A stretch of 52,934 nucleotides of DNA from Blastocatellia bacterium. GTDB taxonomy: Bacteria; Acidobacteriota; Blastocatellia; RBC074. The DNA is taken from NCBI GenBank assembly GCA_046155425.1, contig JBJXFM010000887.1, positions 1-52,934 of the forward strand, written 5' to 3'. The notes beneath the pieces were generated by a model. It did no database searches. It was not told the DNA's origin and saw only the letters and a program-made list of their open reading frames with translations. Positions 10,004 through 19,981 of the stretch are shown piece after piece (within the stretch, counting starts at the first letter, position 1; each line of letters begins with the position of its first letter). A program made the translations under genes and the position numbers.

Positions 10004-10041
10004 ATGGCCTGAAAACCCCGTCAACCAGGTAAACAACGCCC

Positions 10042-10434
10042 TTATTCAGGACATAACAATCCGACGACAACATCGCGCAACTGGCTCATGGAAATCGGTT
10101 TTGACAGATAACCGCTGGCGCCCAGTTCGATGCCTTTTTCGACTTCCACCTCCGATCCCCTCGTGCTGATGATGACAATGGGCAGCTGCTTATTATCGAG
10201 GTCCTGCCGCACGGCCTGTACCAGCTCCAGCCCGCTCATTTCCGGCATGTTGATGTCGGTCAGCACAAGGTCGAAACTGCCCGCGCGCAATTTGGACAAG
10301 GCCTCGGCGCCGTTGTCCGCCTGGGTGATATTCTGTTCGCTGATCCCTTCGATTCGTGTCAGGCTCAGACAAAGCAGCCGTCTGAAAGTCGCTGAATCAT
10401 CCACTACAAGCAACGATTTCCCGTTCATACCCAT
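10042..10434 (-). CDS. Single-domain response regulator (CheY-like)
   Basis: LVVDD, LTDINMPEMSG, IIST, YLSKP; AGGAG SD. Confidence 0.93.
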   Translation of the reverse strand: MGMNGKSLLVVDDSATFRRLLCLSLTRIEGISEQNITQADNGAEALSKLRAGSFDLVLTDINMPEMSGLELVQAVRQDLDNKQLPIVIISTRGSEVEVEKGIELGASGYLSKPISMSQLRDVVVGLLCPE

Positions 10435-10440
10435 CTCTCC

Positions 10441-11259
10441 TTATTTGCCAGCCTTCAACAGCTTCATTAACCCTTCCATGGTCTTGAGCCTGCGATCGGT
10501 GCTGTAATAAATCCGTGAACTGACGAAGGCGGCGGCGGCCTGTCCGGCCAGTAACTGTAACAATTCGCGATCCAGCGCCGTCATCCCGGCCTTGTGGGAA
10601 AGCAACTCGTAAATGGCGATCACACCCACAACCCTTTCCTTGATCTTAAGAGGAATGCAGATCCGTGCATCTCCGGGACCTGCCTGTTCAGACATGTAAC
10701 TGGCTTCACCCGTCACGAGGACCCGCCCCTCGTGACCATCTCCGGGCTTAATCCGCGATTTCTCGATCGCGCATTCACCTTCAAACCCTGTCAGCAGCAG
10801 GTCTCCGGACTCTTCATCCTCCATGAAAATGCCGAAATCCTCCGTGCCGATCATGTTGATGAGAATTTCCTTGACGCATTGCAGCACCTCCTCGGGATCC
10901 AGGGTGGCATGCAGCTGGAAACTGGCGACATACAGGTTCAGCAGGTTTTCGTTCTGCGCTTCTATGTCCACGAACCGCATGGCGAAATCCTTGTTTTCGG
11001 CTTCCACCTGGCTGAACTTTTGTCCCAGAAAATTCAGTTTCCCCGAGAGGTCTTCCTTTTCCTTCCGCAGGATCTCGAGTTCAACCGCGCTGGTGGACGA
11101 GCCTTCCATCGCGTCCTTTTCGAGCTGGAGGACGCGATAGCGCAGGCGCTCGTTTTCCGCCATCAGTTCCTGGGAAAAGGTCCTGTTTTTCTGCAGGATT
11201 TCCATCAGTTCTTCGCTGCGTGGCGCGCCCCCGTGTAATTCTTCGTTTGTCACAGACAT
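10441..11259 (-). CDS. Coiled-coil + GAF domain protein
   Basis: N-terminal heptad-rich coil (ELMAENERLRYRVLQLE...), then LHATLDPEEVL...CIPLKIKERVVGVIAIYELL...DRELLQLLAGQAA. ATG 11259 follows AAGGAG. Confidence 0.82.
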   Translation of the reverse strand: MSVTNEELHGGAPRSEELMEILQKNRTFSQELMAENERLRYRVLQLEKDAMEGSSTSAVELEILRKEKEDLSGKLNFLGQKFSQVEAENKDFAMRFVDIEAQNENLLNLYVASFQLHATLDPEEVLQCVKEILINMIGTEDFGIFMEDEESGDLLLTGFEGECAIEKSRIKPGDGHEGRVLVTGEASYMSEQAGPGDARICIPLKIKERVVGVIAIYELLSHKAGMTALDRELLQLLAGQAAAAFVSSRIYYSTDRRLKTMEGLMKLLKAGK

Positions 11260-11268
11260 ATCCACTCC

Positions 11269-11766
11269 TTAATCCAGATCCTGGACACTGACATTCACGC
11301 TGACGATCCCATATTGTGTGCGGACCGGAACCACGAGGGTTTCGAGGACCCCACCCGCTCGCTGGATGGCATTGCCGGTAAGCACCACGGGCGGACTCAT
11401 GTGCATCGAAAAGCCGGAATCATTGATCTCCGACATGCCTCGTCCTATGGTCATGGAGGCCAGTTCGGCAAGCGCGGAGCCGGACAATTCCGTCAATGTA
11501 GCCACGGGTTCTTCCAGCATCAGGGACGCCAGTCCCAGCGCGGTCCCTTCCTGCATATCAAAGATGACCTGCCCGGCGACCCTGCCAGTCAGACCGATGA
11601 CCACCATGACCTGCCCGGCGGTCACTGGCGCGGGTTTCATCTGTAAATCCGCAAGTTCGGCGTCCGGATCTGTTACCTGACGCAACATATCCGCGATCGA
11701 GTTTTGAAAAATCCGGACAAATTCGAGTCTCATGTCATTACATCCCGTTTGCGAACCCGCGATCAT
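11269..11766 (-). CDS. cheX: Chemotaxis phosphatase CheX family
   Basis: VVIGLTGRVAGQVIFDM...SALAELASMTIG...MSPPVVLTG, inside the che cluster. Start may be 11733. Confidence 0.8.
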   Translation of the reverse strand: MIAGSQTGCNDMRLEFVRIFQNSIADMLRQVTDPDAELADLQMKPAPVTAGQVMVVIGLTGRVAGQVIFDMQEGTALGLASLMLEEPVATLTELSGSALAELASMTIGRGMSEINDSGFSMHMSPPVVLTGNAIQRAGGVLETLVVPVRTQYGIVSVNVSVQDLD

Positions 11767-11804
11767 TCTCGCGGCGTTCCGGTATCCACATCCGGAGCCA
11801 CCCG

Positions 11805-12233
11805 TCAGACCGTGGCGGGCTGTTTCAGAATTCTTTCCAGTTCCTGACGCAAATCGCCCGGCATCACCGGTTTGGTGATAAAACCGCGCGCCCCCGCCGC
11901 CAGCGCCTCGGCCACTTTTTCCCGGTGACTGACGGAGCTGATCATGATGACCCGCGCCGAGGGATCATCCGCGCAGATTTCCCGGACGGCCTCGACCCCC
12001 TCAAGACCAGGCATGACAATGTCCATCAGCACCACATCGGGTCTGCTTCTTTGATAGGCGGTCACGGCTTCGCGACCGTTTTCCGCCTCGTCCGCGGAAA
12101 ACTGGAGCGTATCCAGCATCTTTCTCAGGCGCAGGCGGGAAAATGCCGAATCATCAACGATCAGGCACTGACGCCACGGCCCGGAGGAAGCGCCTTCGTG
12201 GCCTCTTTTGCTTTCTCCTGATTCATCCTGCAT
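11805..12233 (-). CDS. cheY: Chemotaxis response regulator CheY-like
   Basis: LIVDD...EAENGREAV...PDVVLMDIVMP...MISS...FITKP; GGAG 7 nt before ATG 12233. Confidence 0.85.
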   Translation of the reverse strand: MQDESGESKRGHEGASSGPWRQCLIVDDSAFSRLRLRKMLDTLQFSADEAENGREAVTAYQRSRPDVVLMDIVMPGLEGVEAVREICADDPSARVIMISSVSHREKVAEALAAGARGFITKPVMPGDLRQELERILKQPATV

Positions 12234-13305
12234 TGACTGTTCTCCCTGTTCCATTGGCTTCATTAATCGTATTCAGCAGATATTCCGCCATCGCCGAGAG
12301 CGGAACGATTTCATCAATGTTCCCGCGTTCCACGGCTGCCCGCGGCATGCCGTAAATCATGCAACTGGCTTCATCCTGGGCAAGCGTCAGCCCGCCGCTG
12401 TTCCGGATCCTGCCGATTCCCTCCGCTCCATCGTCTCCCATGCCCGTCATGATCAGGGCCACGGCGTCTTCGCCATATTCCACCGCCACGGAATTGAACA
12501 GCGTGTCCACCGATGGCCGGTGACCATTCACATAATCCCCGCAATCGATCACCATCTGTGCCCCCTCTGGTCCCCGCCTGACACGCAGGTGCGCAAATCC
12601 CGGCGCGACAACCGCCATGCCCGCCGTGGCGATCAGGCCTGGCCGCGCCTCCAGCACACGCAGCTGACATATTTCATCCAGCCAGCGGGTAAAGGAGCTG
12701 GCAAAGCTTTCCGGCAAATGCTGGACGATGACAATCGGGCACGGAAAATCGGGGGGCAGTTTTGTCAGCCACTGCCGAAAAGCATGCGGCCCACCGGAAG
12801 AAGAACCCACCGCGATGAGGCGAGCCGCCCGATTCCGTTTTCCCGGCACAATCGCGCCAACGCTTTCCACGGACGCCCCACGCCCGGGCACATGGCTACT
12901 CGCCGCCGCCCTCACTTTCTCCGTCAGTTCACGCGCGACCTCGCTGAGCCGTCCCGCCTCGCGCGGTTTGCCGACAACATCAAACGCGCCGCATTCCAGC
13001 GCTTCGATGGCGATTCTCGCCCCCTGTGTAGTCAGTGCGCTGAGCATGACCACCGGAATATCAAAGCGGGAAACGATCTGCCGCAGAATGCTCAGTCCAT
13101 CGGCCCGTGGCATGTCGATGTCGAGGGTAATGACATCGGGGCGGAGCTGTTCGAGTTTGTCGAGGGCAAAAACACCGTCCATGGCCGTCCCCACAACGGT
13201 GATTTGCCCGTCTCGCTCAAGCAGACCGGTAATCAGCTTCCGCATGACCGCGGAATCATCCACCACCAGAACCCTGATTTTTTGCTCTGCGGTTGTCATC
13301 GTCAT
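12223..13305 (-). CDS. cheB: Chemotaxis protein-glutamate methylesterase (REC + CheB)
   Basis: RVLVVDDSAVMR receiver; catalytic GSSSGGP, VQHLP, RPSVD, MTGMGDDG, YGMP. Confidence 0.95.
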   Translation of the reverse strand: MTMTTAEQKIRVLVVDDSAVMRKLITGLLERDGQITVVGTAMDGVFALDKLEQLRPDVITLDIDMPRADGLSILRQIVSRFDIPVVMLSALTTQGARIAIEALECGAFDVVGKPREAGRLSEVARELTEKVRAAASSHVPGRGASVESVGAIVPGKRNRAARLIAVGSSSGGPHAFRQWLTKLPPDFPCPIVIVQHLPESFASSFTRWLDEICQLRVLEARPGLIATAGMAVVAPGFAHLRVRRGPEGAQMVIDCGDYVNGHRPSVDTLFNSVAVEYGEDAVALIMTGMGDDGAEGIGRIRNSGGLTLAQDEASCMIYGMPRAAVERGNIDEIVPLSAMAEYLLNTINEANGTGRTVNAG

Positions 13306-13310
13306 TGACT

Positions 13311-15107
13311 CTATCCTGCCAGGGCGGAGAGAAACTGATAGTCGCCCACCCCGGCCGCGCGGTCTCGTTCAAAAGCCACGGCCTTGCGGACCAGTTGTTC
13401 CGCGTCAAAAATCAGCGCCACGCGTCCGTCACCCAGCACCGAGGCCCCGGCAAACACCTCATTTTTCAGCCATTCCCGGTCCAGCGGTTTGGTGACCAGT
13501 TCCTGATCGCCGGGCAGCGTTTCGGCGACAATGCCGTAATTCCCTTCTCCGTTTTTGAGAATGATGAGGAAACAGCTTTTGTCACCGCGCAGTGTTTTCC
13601 CCAGGCCTCCGCGCCGCCGCTCATGCCCCAGCATTACTCCTGGCCTGATCAGGGAAATCCAGCGATCCCGCAAACGCCAGGTTTCCACGCCATCCACCAT
13701 CACGACTTCCGCTGTGCTGAACTGCGCGATTTCCGTGATGGACATGATCGGCAGGGCATACAATCTGCCGCTGGAGGTAAACAGCAGTGACCGGATGATC
13801 GCCAGCGTCAGCGGCAGACGCAGCTGAAACAACGTCCCCCTGCCCTGTTCGCTGCGCACATCAACCGAGCCACGCAACTGATCGATAACATGCTTGACCG
13901 CCGCCGCGCCCACGCCGCGCCCGGAAATCAACGTGACTTCCCGCGCCGTGGAAACGCCCGGCAGAAACAGCAGGGAATTCGCATCCTCGTCCCGCAACGC
14001 AAAGGCGTCGCCCATGGTCAGGTCACCTGACTCCACGGCTTTCCGCCGCAAGGCGGCCGCGTCGATGCCACGCCCGTCATCGGCAATTTCCAGCACGACC
14101 TGGTTGCCCTCGGGCCATGCGGCAAGGCGAATCACGCCCGCGGGTGGTTTCCCCGCCGCCACGCGATCCTCGGGTTTCTCGATGCCGTGATCGATGGCGT
14201 TACGCAACAGGTGCAGCAACGGCTCATACAACATATCCGCGACCGAGCGGTCGATTTCGGTGTCTGCCCCCGACACAGTCAGTTCCACCTGCCGGCCCAG
14301 TTCGTTCGCCAGGTCACGCATCGGCCGCGCGTATCGCTGAAACAGCTGCCCCACGGGCAACATGCGCATGTCGAGCACTTTGCGCTGCAGCTGCGCAATC
14401 AGCTGGTTCAGCCGCGCATTCGCCCCGGTGTTTTTCCGCGCCAGCCCGGATCCGGACAGCTCCGCCGTAATCTCCTGTCCAACCTGATTGAGCATGGAAC
14501 TGGCGACAATCATTTCCCCGACCATGTTCATCATGGCATCCAGGATCTGCGCCTGGACCCGCACATAATCACGCCGTTCACCACCACTCGCGGGCGCGCG
14601 CGCCGGCGCTTCATCCGTCCCCGCTGCTTCTGTTTTTTCCGGCGCCACGGACACAGCAGCGTCGGCCATCGCTTCCGGCGGCGCGTTTCCTTCATCCTGG
14701 CGTTCACCCGCGTCAGAGAGCCGCGCGCAGATTTGTTGCGCCGTGCGCTCCGGAATGTCCGCGACCTCATCCCCGCCGACGGCGTCACGCAGCAGGTCCA
14801 CGCCCGCCAGCATCGCGTCAATCAGCCCCGCGCCGGCACGCGCGTTTCCGGCAATCACCGCATCCGTCAGGTCTTCCATCCGGTGAGCGACCATGACCAG
14901 GGAATTCAGGTTCAGGCAGGCGGCGTCGCCCTTGATCGTGTGCGCGCCACGGCGAATGCGATGGATGAGGTCCACGCGGATGCCGGAGTGCGCGCCGGAT
15001 AATTCCAGCGCCAGGAGGTTCTGGCTCATGTCCTCCAGAATCTCCATGGACTGCTGCCGGAACATCGCCAGCAGGTCCCGCATTTCTTCCTGACTGAAAT
15101 CCTGCAT
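13311..15107 (-). CDS. cheA: Chemotaxis histidine kinase CheA
   Basis: Hpt RGAHTIKG, dimerisation VRV...LDAMMNMVGEM, HLLRNAIDHGIE, DDGRG, SGRGVG, LPLTLAII, C-terminal CheW domain. Start could extend to 15158. Confidence 0.96.
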   Translation of the reverse strand: MQDFSQEEMRDLLAMFRQQSMEILEDMSQNLLALELSGAHSGIRVDLIHRIRRGAHTIKGDAACLNLNSLVMVAHRMEDLTDAVIAGNARAGAGLIDAMLAGVDLLRDAVGGDEVADIPERTAQQICARLSDAGERQDEGNAPPEAMADAAVSVAPEKTEAAGTDEAPARAPASGGERRDYVRVQAQILDAMMNMVGEMIVASSMLNQVGQEITAELSGSGLARKNTGANARLNQLIAQLQRKVLDMRMLPVGQLFQRYARPMRDLANELGRQVELTVSGADTEIDRSVADMLYEPLLHLLRNAIDHGIEKPEDRVAAGKPPAGVIRLAAWPEGNQVVLEIADDGRGIDAAALRRKAVESGDLTMGDAFALRDEDANSLLFLPGVSTAREVTLISGRGVGAAAVKHVIDQLRGSVDVRSEQGRGTLFQLRLPLTLAIIRSLLFTSSGRLYALPIMSITEIAQFSTAEVVMVDGVETWRLRDRWISLIRPGVMLGHERRRGGLGKTLRGDKSCFLIILKNGEGNYGIVAETLPGDQELVTKPLDREWLKNEVFAGASVLGDGRVALIFDAEQLVRKAVAFERDRAAGVGDYQFLSALAG

Positions 15108-15157
15108 AAATCCCATCCACACCCTTTTCCGGTCCGTGTCCCGGCGGGCGGCGTCCA

Positions 15158-16027
15158 TCAACGATCAAGCCGCCAGGCAATCCCCTTGTCCAGATGGAGC
15201 ATGGTGAAACGATCCGACATGCCACTCATCGTCTCGGCATGGCCGATAAACAGATAGCCGCCCGGAACAAGGCGATTCGCAAACCGCTCGATCAGGCGTT
15301 TCTGCTCATCACGCGTGAAATAAATCATGACGTTCCGGCAGAAAATCACATCCAGATCACGCAGCCCGTGATCGTGTTTCAGATTGTGATAGTCAAACAC
15401 CACGCATTTCCGCAGCTCGGCGCAGGCGCGGTACTGCCCGTTTTCCGGCTGAAAATATTTCCGCAACAGCGGCGCCGGGATTTCCCCGATCTGGTCAGAT
15501 CGGTAAAGCCCCGCCTGCGCCCGTTCCAGCGCGGTCATGGAAAGATCGGAAGCAAAGACCTGCAAGGTCTCCGCTTTCCGCCGCGGGGCTTTTTCCAGCA
15601 CGGTCATGGCGATGCTGTAGGGTTCCTGTCCGGTGGAACATCCCGCGCTCCAGATACGCAATGGCCGGGCGGTGGTCATCACCTGCCCGCCGAGCAGTTC
15701 CGGCAGCGCCACATCCGCGAACAGCTGAAACTGTGGGCGATTGCGAAAAAAGAAGGTTTCCCCGATCAGCAACGCGTCCAGCAAATGAAATATTTCGTCC
15801 GGGCGCGTGGGGCCCTGTGACACGCGGCGATAATATTCCATGGCGTTTTTCTGTCCGGTCTGCGTCATTCGTTTGCGCAGCCGCGATTCCAGAAAAGTTT
15901 TTTTGTCGTCGCTCAGCTTGAAGCCACATACCTGATAGACCAGTTCCGAAAACAGACGGAACTCCTCGCCCGTCAGCCGGAACTCCGGCTCCGGCAATTG
16001 CGTGACCCCTTGCCCGGAAATCCCCAT
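15158..16027 (-). CDS. cheR: Chemotaxis methyltransferase CheR
   Basis: ETFFFRN, RIWSAGCSTGQEPYSIAM, DVIFCRNVMIYF, GGYLFIGHAE. Confidence 0.96.
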   Translation of the reverse strand: MGISGQGVTQLPEPEFRLTGEEFRLFSELVYQVCGFKLSDDKKTFLESRLRKRMTQTGQKNAMEYYRRVSQGPTRPDEIFHLLDALLIGETFFFRNRPQFQLFADVALPELLGGQVMTTARPLRIWSAGCSTGQEPYSIAMTVLEKAPRRKAETLQVFASDLSMTALERAQAGLYRSDQIGEIPAPLLRKYFQPENGQYRACAELRKCVVFDYHNLKHDHGLRDLDVIFCRNVMIYFTRDEQKRLIERFANRLVPGGYLFIGHAETMSGMSDRFTMLHLDKGIAWRLDR

Positions 16028-16036
16028 AAGCCCCCT

Positions 16037-16546
16037 CTATGCCACCAGCGCCGCCTTGACTTCTCTCGCGGAAACCTTTTCCATCCGGCTCATCCCCAGG
16101 ATAACTTCATCGAGTTCCCGCAACACAACGCCACTGAGCGCCTGCATCAGATCGATCAGCGCAATCACCTGTTCTCCCCGGCGAATGACCCCCTGGACAT
16201 AGACCGCGCCGATTTCCTGAAAAATGCGCGGTGGCGGTTCGATTTCGCCCTCCTCGACCCGGATAAAATCCGATGCCTGATCAACAATCAAACCGAGCTG
16301 TCTGTCTCCATTCCGGGCGATAATGACGCGGGTTTCCTCGGTATTGGCGACGGCCAGCTGATGCATCCGCTTGCGCAGGTCGAGAATCGGGATCAGTGCG
16401 CCGCGCAGGTTCATGGCGCCGGCGACATAGTCCGCCGTTTCCGGCACCGAGGTGATTTCCCGCAAGACGGTGATTTCCCTGACCGCCAGAATATCCAGGG
16501 CAAAATCCCCCTGGCCGAGCCGGAAAACAATCAGCTGGCGCTTCAT
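16037..16546 (-). CDS. cheW: Chemotaxis coupling protein CheW
   Basis: LIVFRLG...VREI...VPETADYVAGAMNLRGALIPILDLR...GLIVD. Confidence 0.94.
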   Translation of the reverse strand: MKRQLIVFRLGQGDFALDILAVREITVLREITSVPETADYVAGAMNLRGALIPILDLRKRMHQLAVANTEETRVIIARNGDRQLGLIVDQASDFIRVEEGEIEPPPRIFQEIGAVYVQGVIRRGEQVIALIDLMQALSGVVLRELDEVILGMSRMEKVSAREVKAALVA

Positions 16547-19500
16547 GCCATTCCTCCGGAATCCTTTCGACGATCATCCTGGCGTGTGGCGTTTCCGCCG
16601 GAGTTTCCCCTGAAACCACGCGAAGACATCGCCGCCGTTTTCGCTTCGAAATTCCTTTCAGTGTGCGAACCGTCATCCACGCGGAACCGCGAAATCGCCT
16701 CGTTCATCTGCTCGGCGAGGTTGACCATGCCCTGCAGGGTCTGCGCCGTTTCATGCGCCCCGGCGGATGTCTCGACCGTAATGCCGGCGATCACCTGCAT
16801 GGCTTCGGCCACCTTGCCCGTGATCACGGCCTGTTCCTCGGAAGCAGCCGAGATCTCCTCGATCAGTTCGGCCGATTGTTTGACGGCGGAGGAAATTTCC
16901 CGCAGGGCCTGTCCCGCCTCGACCGCCACCTGACTGCCCTGGCGGACCTCGCCAAATCCCCGCCCCATCGCCGTGACCGCTTCGTTGATTTCCTGCTGGA
17001 TGGATTTGATCAGGCTGCCGACATCGCGTGTCGCGCGCGCGGAACGTTCCGCGAGTTTGCGGATTTCATCGGCGACCACGCTGAAACCTGCCCCGGCCTG
17101 GCCGGCGTGCGCGGCCTCGATGGCCGCATTGAGGGCCAGCAGGTTGGTCTGCGCGGCGATTTCATTGATCAGATTGATGATTTCGGAGATTTCCGAGCTG
17201 CGGGTTTCCAGCACATGCATTTTGTCGGCGGTCTGTTGCACGGCCGCTTCAATGCGGCCAATGGCCTCGGTGGTCATGCACATGGCTCGGTCGCCGTTTT
17301 CCGCCAGATCCAGCGCGCGGCGCGCGGCGCCCGCCGAGGATTCGGCGTTTTTCGAGACCTGCCGCATCGAGGCGGCCATTTCCTCGACGGCGCTGGAGGT
17401 ATTCGTGATTTCATCGGCCTGCCGTTGCGTTCCGACCGCGATCTGTGCCGAAGCCGCCTGGATCTGTGTCGCGCTGCTGGAAACCGACAATCCGTTCTGG
17501 CGCACCTCGAACAGCATCGTGCGGAAATTGTCCAGAATCCGATTGACCCCCACGAGGGCCCGGCTCAGCATTTCATCGCGCGCCTCGGAACGTTTGGTCA
17601 GGTCGCCTTCGGCCACGGCGGAAGCGACCTGCAGAAATTCACGCAGGTCTTCCTTGAGTACCTCTTCTGCCTCGCGGCGGGCGCTGATATCACGACTGAG
17701 CAGGCAAACCGACTGCGTGGCCCCATCCATCGCAGGAATGGGCGTCACACTGTTCAGCAGCCATTTCCCCCGGCCATCGCCGCTTTCGATAACCTCGGGC
17801 TTGCCGGACGCCAGCACACGCTGAATCACCGGCAGAATCGCCGCCGCGTGTTCAGTTTCATACAGGGTCATCAACGGCTTGCCCGAGACCTCCTCGCCGG
17901 ACAACACCTGCGCCCGGGCGCCGTGTGACCAGACATTAAGGCAGATGCCCGTGGCATCGACTTCGACGACGCGTTCATCCAGACTGCCAACGATCCCGCG
18001 CAGCCGGTTTTCACTCAGCCGCAGGGCCTCCTCGGCGCGTTTAATGTGCGAAATATCGCGGGAAATCGACACCAGTGTTTTTTGCCCAATGGCATTGGTA
18101 AAGACGGATTTCCGGATCGAGACAAAATGGCGGTTCCCACCGTTACGGACGACCGTTTCGAGGAACTCACAGCTTTCACCCGTGGCAAGAACCTGTTCGT
18201 CGCGTTCCCGGAGTCTGGCCGCTGGCGCGGGGTCGGAAAAGTCATCGAGCGACCGGCCGATCATTTCTTCCCGCGCGCGTCCCTTTGCCTCGACAAAGGC
18301 ATCATTCATCAGCAACGTGCGCCGATCCGCGTCTTTGACAACAATCGCGTCGCTGATGGCGTTGATCACGCCATGAAGGAATTCCTCGCTCAGTTTCAGG
18401 GACTCTTCCGACCGTTTCTGTTTTGAAATATCACGCAGAATTCCGACGAGGACCCTGCTCCCCTTTGAATCCGTAAAGGGAGTTTTCCTGGTATGGATCA
18501 CCCGCGTGACCCCGCTCGCGTCAGTATTCCCTTCCTCGCATTCATCGGTAATCCCGGTTTCAAAAACATAGTTATCGCGCCGCCAGAAATGATCCGCCTC
18601 GGCTTTGGGAAAGAATTCATAATCCGTTTTGCCGATAAATTCTTCCGGCGGCCTGCCGACGAATTCGCCGAACGCGCGGTTGGCGAAAATCCAGCGGTGC
18701 TGGTCATCCTTGACGAAAATCGGGTCGGAAATGGCGTCGAAAATCTGTGTCATGTATTCGTATTGCAGCAATCTTTCCGCCGCGTCCTGCTCTGCCTGTT
18801 TCAGCCTCGCCAGATTTTCTTCCTTTTCCCACCCGGCAATCTCACTCTTTTGCTCGATTTTCCAGCTCATCACCCCACCCGCGAAATTCAGGATCAACAG
18901 GATCCCGGCTACCAGATTCCCGATCCATTCGGCGCGTTTCATGTCTTCCAGATAAATCCCGGCGTTGTCCCGTCTGATTTCCGCAAGCATTTGCCGCGAC
19001 TTTTCCAGACTGACCCGCAGGCCTTCATATTTCTGATCCATCGCCGCCATTCGCTGCGAGGCGAGCGCCAGATTTCCCTCGGAAAAATGCGTAAAGACCC
19101 CTTCGGCTTCTCCCGCCATTTCTCCCAATGACCAGCCGGTCTCGGAAAGCGTTCTGGCCATCTGTTCCAGTTTTGCCGCTTCAGTTTTCAGATCACCCGC
19201 CACGGTCTGTTTTTTCAGACTGGCGAGATCCGCCTCCAGGATTTCCAGCTGCCGCTTAAAATCTGCCGTGGCCATTTGCAGATTTCTTCGCTCAGTGGCC
19301 GGGTCCTTTGAGCTGAAAACATTATTTCCCGGCGCGTTGGCCGCCGCCGCAAGCTCTCCCATCTTCAGATATTCAGACAGGCGATCGGCCCACATCCGGT
19401 CATTGATCACCGACTGGCGGTAATAACCGGTCAGCCGGCCAGAGTTGTAAATTCCCAGCAAAATCGTCATGGCGGCAAAGGACACCACGGCCAGAATCCG

Positions 19501-19566
19501 GCCTGTATTACGGGAAATGCCCGTTTTTTTCCGGGTCTGCGGTGCTGAAACTATATGTGTTGTCAT
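16543..19566 (-). CDS. Methyl-accepting chemotaxis protein: 2 TM, helical periplasmic domain, 3 PAS domains, HAMP-like segment, signalling domain
   Basis: TM1 ILAVVSFAAMTILLGIY, TM2 LVAGILLILNFAGGVM; PAS starts IFDAISDPIFVKD, VINAISDAIVVKD, IVGSLDERVVEVD; hairpin IAAQTNLLALNAAIEAAHAG...GFSVVADEIRKLAERS. Confidence 0.93.
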   Translation of the reverse strand: MTTHIVSAPQTRKKTGISRNTGRILAVVSFAAMTILLGIYNSGRLTGYYRQSVINDRMWADRLSEYLKMGELAAAANAPGNNVFSSKDPATERRNLQMATADFKRQLEILEADLASLKKQTVAGDLKTEAAKLEQMARTLSETGWSLGEMAGEAEGVFTHFSEGNLALASQRMAAMDQKYEGLRVSLEKSRQMLAEIRRDNAGIYLEDMKRAEWIGNLVAGILLILNFAGGVMSWKIEQKSEIAGWEKEENLARLKQAEQDAAERLLQYEYMTQIFDAISDPIFVKDDQHRWIFANRAFGEFVGRPPEEFIGKTDYEFFPKAEADHFWRRDNYVFETGITDECEEGNTDASGVTRVIHTRKTPFTDSKGSRVLVGILRDISKQKRSEESLKLSEEFLHGVINAISDAIVVKDADRRTLLMNDAFVEAKGRAREEMIGRSLDDFSDPAPAARLRERDEQVLATGESCEFLETVVRNGGNRHFVSIRKSVFTNAIGQKTLVSISRDISHIKRAEEALRLSENRLRGIVGSLDERVVEVDATGICLNVWSHGARAQVLSGEEVSGKPLMTLYETEHAAAILPVIQRVLASGKPEVIESGDGRGKWLLNSVTPIPAMDGATQSVCLLSRDISARREAEEVLKEDLREFLQVASAVAEGDLTKRSEARDEMLSRALVGVNRILDNFRTMLFEVRQNGLSVSSSATQIQAASAQIAVGTQRQADEITNTSSAVEEMAASMRQVSKNAESSAGAARRALDLAENGDRAMCMTTEAIGRIEAAVQQTADKMHVLETRSSEISEIINLINEIAAQTNLLALNAAIEAAHAGQAGAGFSVVADEIRKLAERSARATRDVGSLIKSIQQEINEAVTAMGRGFGEVRQGSQVAVEAGQALREISSAVKQSAELIEEISAASEEQAVITGKVAEAMQVIAGITVETSAGAHETAQTLQGMVNLAEQMNEAISRFRVDDGSHTERNFEAKTAAMSSRGFRGNSGGNATRQDDRRKDSGGMA

Positions 19567-19981
19567 GACCGTTTCTTTCCGGGGAACCATTGTCGGGCGG
19601 GGAAAACTTCCATCAGCGATCAGAGTAGCGGCCGTGTCCGCGGAAAAGACATCCGGCCATCTCGCCAGCAACAGTCCGTGGGGACGACTTAACACACCAT
19701 GGTGTTTTCCATGGGGCCAATTCTACTGATAGCTTTATCGGTGACGGATCAGGGCGGGAATCAGGGGACTGAAGTGGGGAGCGTTTACCGGCATCGCATC
19801 GTGACGTTCGGGTGTGGGAAAATCCGCGCTTCACCAGATTGTCACGGGGGATTCTAAGGAAAGCGACAAAATCATGTCAATAAAATTGTCAAATCACCAT
19901 TTTTCCGCCACACATCTCCCGGCCGCCCTCGCGTAACTGCTGGCGTTTGCTCGTTCTTCCGGGTATTCTCTCGGTCCATTC

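Noticed and set aside
19570-19860. c-di-GMP riboswitch in the che operon leader
   Set aside because: Only a short hairpin (CCATGG...CCATGG) was seen; the GEMM core motifs were not found by eye. An Infernal scan would settle it.
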